A stretch of 47,913 nt of DNA from an uncultured Methanosarcinales archaeon. Lineage in GTDB: Archaea; Nanobdellota; Nanobdellia; Woesearchaeales; CAZZGN01. Positions 8,256-15,339 of this stretch are shown one piece after another. The translations under genes and the position numbers were made by a program. The first letter of the stretch is position 1. Each line of letters begins with the position of its first letter. The notes beneath the pieces were generated by a model that was not told the origin of the DNA, made no database searches, and saw only the letters and a list, made by a program, of their open reading frames with translations. The stretch spans positions 1-47,913 of the forward strand of contig CAZZGN010000001.1 of NCBI GenBank assembly GCA_964654165.1. The letters are read 5' to 3'.

Positions 8256-8429
8256 ATGGACATAAAAGAAGAAATTAAATTGCTAAAAAAGGTTGTCAAA
8301 GGTATGCGAAAGAATAATTGTTTAGAAGAAAATTGCATATCTTGTAATCCAAATTGTTTTGATGGGTTAGATGATGTAATAATAGGTTTAGAATTTAAAC
8401 AAAACAAAAGTAGACATGGAAGCGAATAA
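8256..8429 (+). CDS. 57-aa Cys-rich mini-protein
   Basis: Hand-translated: MDIKEEIKLLKKVVKGMRKNNCLEENCISCNPNCFDG...SRHGSE. The minus-strand track ORF 8213-8407 across this region looks spurious. Confidence 0.4.
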   Translation: MDIKEEIKLLKKVVKGMRKNNCLEENCISCNPNCFDGLDDVIIGLEFKQNKSRHGSE

Positions 8430-8595
8430 AGATAAGGAACTTATGGGGTGGTATTATGAATTGTTGGCTGGGTTAATGGTAATTATGCCCATTATAATCT
8501 GCATGATAAGCTATATTTTATTTAATGAAACAGGATTGATAATTGGTATTATCTTTGGTGGAATATGGTTCTATTATTGGTCATGGAAAATTTAA
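8416..8595 (+). CDS. 59-aa membrane mini-protein (2 TM)
   Basis: Hand-translated: MEANKDKELMGWYYELLAGLMVIMPIIICMISYILFNETGLIIGIIFGGIWFYYWSWKI. Its start lies within the 17-nt repeat shared with 6749. Confidence 0.4.
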   Translation: MEANKDKELMGWYYELLAGLMVIMPIIICMISYILFNETGLIIGIIFGGIWFYYWSWKI

Positions 8596-8614
8596 TCTAA
8601 AAAACCACAAGAAA

Positions 8615-8917
8615 ATGGAAATTAATAAATTACCAAAGAAAGTAAGTCGTATGGCAAAGACTAAAATTTGGATAATGAGACGTTTGCAAGAGCATAAGAA
8701 ACAAAGTTGTGATTCTATGCCATTTTCTTATAAACTGGCTCCTAATGACAAAATTTTAGAAGAGCCTCATAGGTTATATAAACAAAGCTCATTCTCTTGT
8801 GGGATAGCTAATTGCCTTTATTGCACAGAAGATAAGAAGAATAGAACAAGGCGTATTAAACTAACTAAACTCTTACCCGATGAAGAGTATGAAAATAATC
8901 AAAATAAACAAGAATGA
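8615..8917 (+). CDS. hypothetical basic protein
   Basis: ATG at 8615 (MEINKLPKK...) lies inside track ORF 8543-8917. The upstream part of that ORF is taken up by the 8416-8595 gene. Confidence 0.5.
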   Translation: MEINKLPKKVSRMAKTKIWIMRRLQEHKKQSCDSMPFSYKLAPNDKILEEPHRLYKQSSFSCGIANCLYCTEDKKNRTRRIKLTKLLPDEEYENNQNKQE

Positions 8918-9249
8918 ACATAATAAAATTCAGTAAGCCTTATTGGAAGCTACAAGTTATTGAAGAGAAAGCACCAGTTCACTTAATGGCAGTCTTTAAT
9001 GAAAACTCTAAGAATTTTAGCAAGATTTTCTTAAACTATGATACCGAAGCCATTGACGATACTCAATATGAACTCCAAAAGAACAGGGAGTATTTAGTAT
9101 TATTATTCTGTCAGGGTTACAATATCTTTACGACTATCAGAACGAAGATTGGATTTAGAGGAATAGACAAGGAAGAGTATTATCGCTCTAAAATAGGAGA
9201 ACCCTTTAAAATTGTGATTAAAGAACAAAACAAAAATAGACAAGAATGA
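8914..9249 (+). CDS. hypothetical protein
   Basis: 111-aa ORF with an ATGA overlap with the upstream gene. Confidence 0.5.
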   Translation: MNIIKFSKPYWKLQVIEEKAPVHLMAVFNENSKNFSKIFLNYDTEAIDDTQYELQKNREYLVLLFCQGYNIFTTIRTKIGFRGIDKEEYYRSKIGEPFKIVIKEQNKNRQE

Positions 9250-9563
9250 CCTTGAAATGCAAACTATGTAAGAAGGAAAGCGAGATGGAACTATTTGAAC
9301 CATATTGTTTTGATTGTGGAAGTGATATACAAGATATAGTTCTTCAAGCAGAGAAAGAACTCAAAGCAGAAATTGACCATTACAAGAAACTTGAAGCATC
9401 TGCAGAAGAAGTAATTATCTCACAGTTAAAAGCCATAGAATTTAGAGAACTAATGTGTAGGATACTTGCAGATTGGGTTGAGAAATATAACTGTTATTAT
9501 ATGCACAAAGACAAGAATTGGTTTAAAGAAGCAGAGAAAGAAGCAAGTAAAGAATTAAAATGA
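9246..9563 (+). CDS. hypothetical protein, N-terminal zinc ribbon plus coiled coil
   Basis: CKLCKK...CFDCG at the N-terminus. ATGA overlaps on both sides. Confidence 0.5.
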   Translation: MTLKCKLCKKESEMELFEPYCFDCGSDIQDIVLQAEKELKAEIDHYKKLEASAEEVIISQLKAIEFRELMCRILADWVEKYNCYYMHKDKNWFKEAEKEASKELK

Positions 9564-9646
9564 AATGTAAAAATTGTGAAAGCAAGAACGTTTCTGTTAT
9601 CAATGGAAAGATAATTGTTTGTAAGGATTGTAAAAGTTTTAACTGA
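9560..9646 (+). CDS. 28-aa zinc-ribbon mini-protein
   Basis: Hand-translated: MKCKNCESKNVSVINGKIIVCKDCKSFN. Its ATG overlaps the upstream TGA. Confidence 0.45.
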   Translation: MKCKNCESKNVSVINGKIIVCKDCKSFN

Positions 9647-9652
9647 AAGAAA

Positions 9653-9961
9653 ATGAACAGATTATATACAATAATGGCATTACTATGCTTAGTAAGCCTT
9701 GTTACAGCGTCATGTCCTTTCTCAGGATACGTACCTGGAATGAAAAGCGTAGTAATAAGTAAATGGGAAGACATCAATGCAACATTTTGTTGGGGTATAT
9801 GTCCAAGTAAATTAATTGAAGAACAAAGTGCATGGATAGAAATAAACACAACAGAAACAATTGGAACTATGCTTACTACAGAAGAACAGTTCTATGAAGA
9901 CTATGCAACTAATCTTGTAATAAAAGCTTTCTTAAATCTACCAAGATTTCTCCTAAGCTAA
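9653..9961 (+). CDS. secreted protein or lipoprotein candidate
   Basis: The N-terminus MNRLYTIMALLCLVSLVTASCPF looks like a signal peptide with a lipobox-like TASC. The mature part is Cys-containing. Confidence 0.5.
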   Translation: MNRLYTIMALLCLVSLVTASCPFSGYVPGMKSVVISKWEDINATFCWGICPSKLIEEQSAWIEINTTETIGTMLTTEEQFYEDYATNLVIKAFLNLPRFLLS

Positions 9962-9962
9962 G

Positions 9963-11027
9963 ATGGAGAACAATATCATACTAGAAGGGGATGCAATAGC
10001 TGTCTTAAAAGACTTACCACCTAAGGCTATAGATACCTGTTGCACTTCCCCTCCCTACTTTCAACTCAGGGATTACAAGATAGCTAATCAATTAGGTGCA
10101 GAAGCAACTCCTGAAGAATACATCTCATCTCTGTGTAATATCTTCGATGAAGTAAAACGCATACTCAAACCCACTGGCTTATGCTTTGTTAATCTCGGTG
10201 ATACATACAACGGCACAAAGATAAAATCAATCCCTTACAAATCACTCATGCAAATTCCTGCTCGCTTTGCTCTTGAAATGACAAACAGAGGATGGACACT
10301 TCGTAATAAAATCATATGGTATAAACCAAATGCTATGCCTTCATCAACAACAGACCGTTTCAGTGTGGATTATGAAGAAATTTTTATGTTCTCTCAGTCC
10401 CCACAATATTTCTTTGAGCAACAAATAGAACCCTATATTTCAGAACCAAACCATACTCTTCATGATAAAGCAAGTGAAAAATACAAAGATACAGACCTCT
10501 TCTCAGAAGGTGGGCGTGATTATTACTCTCGTGGAGGAAGAAACAAGCGTTGTGTATGGACTATAAACACCAAACCTTATCCTGAAGCACACTTTGCAAC
10601 CTTTCCAGAAACCCTTATTGAACCAATAATCTCTTCTTCATGCCCTTCTAAAACCTGTTCTGCATGTGGTACTCCTTATGAAAAGAAATGGGAAATCACA
10701 AAGAAAGGTTCAGCAAAAGCAGTTCCCGAATATATGGAATCAATTGGTTCTTCTCTTTCTCATGCTCACACTCGTGAACGTGGTGCAATAATCCCAGACC
10801 AAAGAAAACTAATTGGATTAATCCCCTTATGCTCATGCCCAACTTCTACCCCCTCACAACCAGGCATAGTCTTAGACCCTTTCTTTGGCTCTGGTACAAC
10901 AGGACTTGTAGCTCTCAAACAAAACAAATCCTTTCTTGGAATTGAATTAAATCCAGAATACATAACTCTTGCTCAGAAACGACTTCATCCTTGGCTTAAC
11001 CAATCACGCTTAGGCTCATTCATATAA
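9963..11027 (+). CDS. DNA amino-methyltransferase, beta-class (N4-C or N6-A)
   Basis: Motif IV CCTSPPYFQL lies near the N-terminus and motif I VLDPFFGSGTTGLVA near the C-terminus. NLGDTY and IIWYKPN are typical of N6_N4_Mtase-type enzymes. An insertion of about 100 aa carries CPSKTCSACG. Confidence 0.8.
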   Translation: MENNIILEGDAIAVLKDLPPKAIDTCCTSPPYFQLRDYKIANQLGAEATPEEYISSLCNIFDEVKRILKPTGLCFVNLGDTYNGTKIKSIPYKSLMQIPARFALEMTNRGWTLRNKIIWYKPNAMPSSTTDRFSVDYEEIFMFSQSPQYFFEQQIEPYISEPNHTLHDKASEKYKDTDLFSEGGRDYYSRGGRNKRCVWTINTKPYPEAHFATFPETLIEPIISSSCPSKTCSACGTPYEKKWEITKKGSAKAVPEYMESIGSSLSHAHTRERGAIIPDQRKLIGLIPLCSCPTSTPSQPGIVLDPFFGSGTTGLVALKQNKSFLGIELNPEYITLAQKRLHPWLNQSRLGSFI

Positions 11028-11040
11028 CAATGGCTTACCT

Positions 11041-11190
11041 GACATACTCTCACCGCTAAAGCAGGTGAGGTTCTAAGGTTAACATCATTCATGTTAGAGC
11101 CTCCTTGGGCGTATCAGTGTAGCCCTTGAACATATCTCTGTCTACGTTCAATTGACCAATACTTACTTGACGATTTGCTATATTGAATGA
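11041..11190 (-). ncRNA. predicted omega (right-end) guide RNA scaffold of TnpB-1
   Basis: Inferred from the known TnpB architecture, in which the omega RNA spans the tnpB 3' end plus the RE. The RE hairpin at 11049-11069 is seen. The extent and guide (flank below about 11040) are not verified. Confidence 0.3.
11049..11069 (-). repeat. IS200/IS605 subterminal hairpin (RE of element 1)
   Basis: CTCACC / 9-nt loop / GGTGAG. It is identical over 21 nt, in element orientation, to the hairpin at 30892-30912. Confidence 0.75.
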
Positions 11191-12093
11191 AGCATTACTA
11201 TCAGCATGGTCAACGTGTTCACAATGTGGACACTTAAAATTTTTCCCATTTCGATTACCTAGATAGCCGCATATGCTACAGTTTTGGCTAGTGTATGCAG
11301 GTTCTATATAAGCTACTGCCACACCATTCAGCTTGGCTTTGTATTCTATAAACTGTCCTAGTTGATAGAATGACCAACTGTTTAAGGTATGGTTGAATGA
11401 GCGTGAATGCTTACGTGATTTGCGAATACCTTTTATAGCTTCTAGTTTTATGCCTTGTTTGTTCTTCTTGGCTACTTCTACAACATGCTTGCTTATCTTA
11501 TGGTTTAAGTCTTTGATTTTATTTGATTCTCGATGTTTAATCTTCTTAACCAATCCATATTTACCTTGCTTCTGTAATGTCTTCCTGATATGTTTGTATT
11601 TATTGTGAATATATCCAGCTTCTTTGCCCATCTTTTCAACCTTGCCCGTTTCAGGATTACCCATAACCGCTATATGCCCTGTTGCATTTAGGTCTATACC
11701 TAAATAAGAGTTTGGTTCTACCAACTCTACTTCAGGAACAGTTACGCTTATGAATGCATATTCTTTATTTAACTCAACTTGGTTGACCTTTGTGAAGTTA
11801 TCTACGGGTATATCAAGCTCAAGTTTTAGACAAGTCATAGTAATATGTGTATTATCAACATATATATGTTGATTAGGTATTATGAGATTAACTGAACTTG
11901 CCACCTTTGCTTTCTTATTCCTACCATATTTTCGTAATATTTGACAAGAGATTGCTGCTTTCAATCCTATGTGTTTTACATATTTGGTTGAAAGTTTATC
12001 ACGATTACTAATTGCAAACTTAGCTATCTTTTTAGCTTTTTTAAGTTCAGTTGTGAAGTCTCGATTATGCTTCACTTTGTATGTGAGTATCAT
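11089..12093 (-). CDS. tnpB: TnpB RNA-guided endonuclease (IS605 OrfB family)
   Basis: RuvC I GIDLNATG, RuvC II IKLEAIKG, zinc finger CSICG...CPHCEH and RuvC III HADSNASFNIA are all intact. The start is taken at ATG 12093 (MILTYKVKHN), which overlaps the tnpA TGA. Confidence 0.85.
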   Translation of the reverse strand: MILTYKVKHNRDFTTELKKAKKIAKFAISNRDKLSTKYVKHIGLKAAISCQILRKYGRNKKAKVASSVNLIIPNQHIYVDNTHITMTCLKLELDIPVDNFTKVNQVELNKEYAFISVTVPEVELVEPNSYLGIDLNATGHIAVMGNPETGKVEKMGKEAGYIHNKYKHIRKTLQKQGKYGLVKKIKHRESNKIKDLNHKISKHVVEVAKKNKQGIKLEAIKGIRKSRKHSRSFNHTLNSWSFYQLGQFIEYKAKLNGVAVAYIEPAYTSQNCSICGYLGNRNGKNFKCPHCEHVDHADSNASFNIANRQVSIGQLNVDRDMFKGYTDTPKEALT

Positions 12094-12500
12094 CTTTTTT
12101 GTTCTGATATATATCTTTTTACAACTTCTAAAGTTATTGCACCAACCGTTGATATGAATTTGGATTTTGTCCACAAACTAGGTAATCGCTTTTTTAGCTC
12201 TGGAAATTCTTCTCTAAGTGTATGAGAAGTATATCCTTTAATTCTTTGAACGATTTTATATATACCATCACGAGGGTTTACCTCAAGCAATAAATGTATA
12301 TGGTCTGGTAGTACTTCCATTTCCAAAACTTCATATTTATATTCGATTTGTTTCTCTAAAACAAGTTCCTTTAATCTATCGCCAACTTTATCAGCTAATA
12401 CTGGTCTACGATATTTTGGACAGAATATCACATGATACTGGCAAGAATATATTAATTTGTTATCGCTCTTATATCGTTTTGAGCTATTAAGTATTTCCAT
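12090..12500 (-). CDS. tnpA: IS200/IS605 Y1 (HUH) transposase TnpA
   Basis: YHVIFCPKYRR, the HUH motif DHIHLLL, LWTKSKFISTVG, and the catalytic-Tyr helix VVKRYISEQ. 136 aa. Confidence 0.9.
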   Translation of the reverse strand: MEILNSSKRYKSDNKLIYSCQYHVIFCPKYRRPVLADKVGDRLKELVLEKQIEYKYEVLEMEVLPDHIHLLLEVNPRDGIYKIVQRIKGYTSHTLREEFPELKKRLPSLWTKSKFISTVGAITLEVVKRYISEQKR

Positions 12501-12558
12501 ATCAATTATATTTAATAGTTTAGTAGTTTATTATATATAAAACAAGGAGACATGTAAA

Positions 12559-12888
12559 ATGACACCACCAAAGGACAAAGGACTTGAGAAGATTGTTGAT
12601 AAGTATTTTGAAAAATGGGAAGACCCACTTATATCTGGACAAGCAATTGTACTGAAAAGAGAACTTAGAAAAGCTCTAAAAGAAGCAAGAGACTATGGTG
12701 AGTCTAAAGGACATTGGGCAGTTTGGGAAGATGGAGAAGACAAAAAAGAGAATTATGAGTGCAAGTTTCATAGCAAGGAAAAGATAGTTACAGAGTATGT
12801 TCAAAATGGAATTAAACATCGTGAAATTATATTCTTTAAACTAAAACAACCTTCACTCTGGCAACGAATTAAAAGGAAATTAAAATGA
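12559..12888 (+). CDS. hypothetical protein
   Basis: 109-aa ORF with AAGGAGA 7 nt upstream of the ATG. Confidence 0.5.
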   Translation: MTPPKDKGLEKIVDKYFEKWEDPLISGQAIVLKRELRKALKEARDYGESKGHWAVWEDGEDKKENYECKFHSKEKIVTEYVQNGIKHREIIFFKLKQPSLWQRIKRKLK

Positions 12889-13040
12889 CTAAAGAACATA
12901 AAGAAAATATTAGAAATCAGATATTTGATGTAACAGACGGTAAGATGAATATAACAGGATTAGTTGAGCTACTGTTTGAATACGAGGAAAGGATATACGC
13001 ATGTGAAGGAGACTGTAAGAATGCAAAATGGAAGAAGTAG
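12885..13040 (+). CDS. 51-aa hypothetical mini-protein
   Basis: Hand-translated: MTKEHKENIRNQIFDVTDGKMNITGLVELLFEYEERIYACEGDCKNAKWKK. ATGA overlap with the upstream gene. The minus-strand track ORF 12910-13152 is probably spurious. Confidence 0.4.
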   Translation: MTKEHKENIRNQIFDVTDGKMNITGLVELLFEYEERIYACEGDCKNAKWKK

Positions 13041-13207
13041 TAAATCGAACTGCAAGACCTGATTCAGTATCCTTTGGTACTCCCAGCACAGGTGTATGGA
13101 AAGCATATGTAGACTTACAGGATATGGAAGTAGCTAAGAAATTGATAGACAACGGAGCAGAGTTGTTTGAATACGCAAAGAAGAAGGATACAGAAGCTAG
13201 AGAATAA
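13028..13207 (+). CDS. 59-aa hypothetical mini-protein
   Basis: Hand-translated: MEEVVNRTARPDSVSFGTPSTGVWKAYVDLQDMEVAKKLIDNGAELFEYAKKKDTEARE. It is followed by a hairpin and a T-run. Confidence 0.4.
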   Translation: MEEVVNRTARPDSVSFGTPSTGVWKAYVDLQDMEVAKKLIDNGAELFEYAKKKDTEARE

Positions 13208-13222
13208 GGCTTCCTTTTTTTT
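13193..13222 (+). terminator. putative terminator (short stem plus T8 run)
   Basis: GAAGC (13193-97) pairs with GCTTC (13209-13) and is followed by T8 at 13215-13222. It sits at the end of a plus-strand gene string and before a 220-nt non-coding gap. Confidence 0.4.
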
Positions 13223-13444
13223 ATTCTAATTCTGATTCACGCTAATTTCCACACTCAACCGTCTTGTACTAACTTACAGAAAATTCTCCGTCTATTTATA
13301 GTAAAATGTCATTTTAATGCCCTTAAATGTAGCCGCTCTGCGGCTAAAGATAAGGATAAAGGGATATTTGGACTGTCCAATACCTTATTATACTATTATA
13401 TTATTTCTATATCGTATTTTAATAGAATAAACTATAAACATATC

Positions 13445-13627
13445 ATGAACAAGAAAGCAATTTTGATAACCGGACTTGTACTCGGTATCATTGGACTTGT
13501 GATTCCGGCATTAGCTTTTTGGGCTATTGCTGAGTTGACAGGGCATACAATAAATTATGGATTAAGTACATTTGCATCCTTTTGGATATTAATTGGACTT
13601 GCAAAAGGAAGTATTTCAAGGAGATAA
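13445..13627 (+). CDS. small membrane protein (2 TM)
   Basis: AILITGLVLGIIGLVIPALAFWAIA and FASFWILIGLA. There is no SD, and a TTTTAATA box ends 20 nt upstream of the ATG. Confidence 0.5.
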   Translation: MNKKAILITGLVLGIIGLVIPALAFWAIAELTGHTINYGLSTFASFWILIGLAKGSISRR

Positions 13628-13628
13628 A

Positions 13629-13946
13629 ATGGGAAGATATAAGAAAGGAGCTATGATAAGCGAAGATTATGTGCGTATTCCTAAATCTGTTTCTTTGCCA
13701 GCATATTTGGTTAGAGATTTGGAAGCACAAGGAAAGTTATCGATTATGATAACTGAGATATTAGAGACTCACAAAGAAGCTATTGGTGATGGTGTATACA
13801 AAGATGTTATGCAACGTAGGAAAGAATTGATAGTGCAGGAAGTAGATTCTGCATTAAGAGCAAGGTTACCGATAGTCTTAGATGAGATTGTAACTGATGT
13901 ACTTGAAGCAGTTATAAAAAGGAAAAATGAAAGGAAAGACATTTGA
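13629..13946 (+). CDS. putative ribbon-helix-helix-like DNA-binding protein
   Basis: ATG at 13629 follows AAGGAGA. The N-terminus RIPKSVSLPAYLVRDLEAQGKLSIMITEILETH resembles a CopG/Arc-type beta-strand plus helices. This is a weak call. Confidence 0.35.
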   Translation: MGRYKKGAMISEDYVRIPKSVSLPAYLVRDLEAQGKLSIMITEILETHKEAIGDGVYKDVMQRRKELIVQEVDSALRARLPIVLDEIVTDVLEAVIKRKNERKDI

Positions 13947-14373
13947 ATATGAAGTATCAGCTTCGCTTAAGGCAATAAGTGATGAAGAAAGATACTTCTT
14001 TTTCATGCGTCTTTTAGATAATGCTCGAGTTAGTATTACTGTTCCTGCTGATTTCTTTGCATTACATTCAGGTCAATCGTATATGTTTGAGTGTAAATCA
14101 TGTAAGTCAAGTACTTCGTTTCCATTTGCTAATATCAAACAGCATCAGTTAGATGATTTAGTAGATGTTGTTATTGCAGGTGGTAAGTCTTATGTTTTGA
14201 TAAAACATTCATGTAGAAAGCCTAAAGTTTATGCTATTGATGTGTATAAATTTATATTTCTTATGAGAGAATCTAAGCATAAAAGTTTTAAGTGGGAAGA
14301 ACTTGAGGATAAAGCTGTAGTTATAACGAAGAAGAATGGTATATGGGATTTATGGCCGTTGTTTAGAGTTTAA
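13927..14373 (+). CDS. Holliday-junction resolvase-like PD-(D/E)xK nuclease (Hjc/RecU-like)
   Basis: GKTFEYEV ... VPADFFAL ... YMFECKS gives the E / D / ExK arrangement in a 148-aa protein. Confidence 0.55.
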   Translation: MKGKTFEYEVSASLKAISDEERYFFFMRLLDNARVSITVPADFFALHSGQSYMFECKSCKSSTSFPFANIKQHQLDDLVDVVIAGGKSYVLIKHSCRKPKVYAIDVYKFIFLMRESKHKSFKWEELEDKAVVITKKNGIWDLWPLFRV

Positions 14374-15023
14374 GCCCAGTTATCGATTCCAACCTTTTTC
14401 TTTATTGTTCCTCCACCCTCTAATTCTATTTCAACTTCACGAGCAAGAGGAGAGTCATCAATGGCTTTTTCTTTTGCTTTCTTTTCATCTTTTTTTGACT
14501 GCTCGAACTTGTTGATTAGCCCCATCTTATCAAGTTCTTGCAATGCTTTACCAACTGATTTAGCGGTATTTTCTATTTGTTCATCTGTCTTAGGTAATGC
14601 ACCCATTAAAGAATTGGCTAGTTCTATTTGTGTACGCAGTTCTCCTATTATTTTAAGGACATCTGCACGTGCTTTACCATCACCATTTCGTGATGCATCG
14701 TTTGTATCTCGAAGTGTTTTCCAAGTAAATTCACTCAGCTTTTTAAAGTCACGTAGGATTTCAATGTAATGACCTTCAAGTTCATTGACATAACTTTCAC
14801 GCTTGAAGAGTTGATTAGGTGCAGCATCTGTTCTGGTTCGTAGCCATTTACCGAGGGTTACTGCATGTACATTGTACTTATATTTTTTCTTTAGTAAGTA
14901 CACTATTTCTTCGTTTGTCTTACCATGCATCTTCCACTGGACTATTGCTTGCTGCCATGGAATAGGGATAAAGTCTAGTTTTCCTGTGCCCTTTGGCATC
15001 TGACCATCACCTTGTAAAGCCAT
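14370..15023 (-). CDS. HTH-domain protein (late regulator or small-terminase-like)
   Basis: N-terminal HTH-like WQQAIVQWKMHGKTNEEIVYLLKKKYKYNVHAVTLGKWL, followed by a long helical and charged region. It is the last gene of the minus arm. Confidence 0.3.
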   Translation of the reverse strand: MALQGDGQMPKGTGKLDFIPIPWQQAIVQWKMHGKTNEEIVYLLKKKYKYNVHAVTLGKWLRTRTDAAPNQLFKRESYVNELEGHYIEILRDFKKLSEFTWKTLRDTNDASRNGDGKARADVLKIIGELRTQIELANSLMGALPKTDEQIENTAKSVGKALQELDKMGLINKFEQSKKDEKKAKEKAIDDSPLAREVEIELEGGGTIKKKVGIDNWA

Positions 15024-15024
15024 A

Positions 15025-15339
15025 TTATTCTTTATTAGTTGCTCTTAAAAACCAAAATAAAGTGAAAATATAGATATATACTGCAAGAGCGGTCAAATAA
15101 GGTATATACAGTGTATATAATTCTCTGTTGCCTGTCAATGCAGTAATTCCTGCTAAGCACCATATTATTCCTAGATAAGCTGAACCTATAAAGACATAAC
15201 TTAAAGCTCGAAAGAATCGTGAACCTTCTGGTTTACATTTATTGGCATTAGCTTGATAATAGATGTGTAAGTACATAGATATTGCAAACATTATAGCCCC
15301 ACCAGCAAGATACGAGCAATAGATGAATGTAGTAGGCAT
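15025..15339 (-). CDS. multi-pass membrane protein (holin candidate)
   Basis: 104 aa with 3-4 hydrophobic helices. It lies downstream of the tail genes. Confidence 0.4.
   Translation of the reverse strand: MPTTFIYCSYLAGGAIMFAISMYLHIYYQANANKCKPEGSRFFRALSYVFIGSAYLGIIWCLAGITALTGNRELYTLYIPYLTALAVYIYIFTLFWFLRATNKE

Larger units (their letters stand above)
11040..12558 (-). mobile_element. IS200/IS605-family element (tnpA + tnpB, IS605/IS608-like organisation)
   Basis: tnpA and tnpB are co-oriented with an ATGA overlap. The RE-side hairpin CTCACC-TGCTTTAGC-GGTGAG lies 20 nt past the tnpB stop. The element sits between the MTase stop (11027) and the next gene start (12559). The left boundary is not resolved because no LE hairpin was found. 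Confidence 0.7.

Noticed and set aside
12130-12180. TnpA reads LWTKSKFISTVG where many IS200 transposases have S-Y-F. At first this looked like loss of the catalytic tyrosine.
   Set aside because: In IS608-type TnpA the catalytic Tyr lies in the following helix (..KQYIENQ). Here VVKRYISEQ retains it, so the transposase appears intact.
14370-15023. The 217-aa HTH protein was considered as the small terminase.
   Set aside because: It lies at the far end of the late arm, remote from terL, and shows only generic HTH and coiled-coil features. I left it as an alternative in the feature call rather than a finding.
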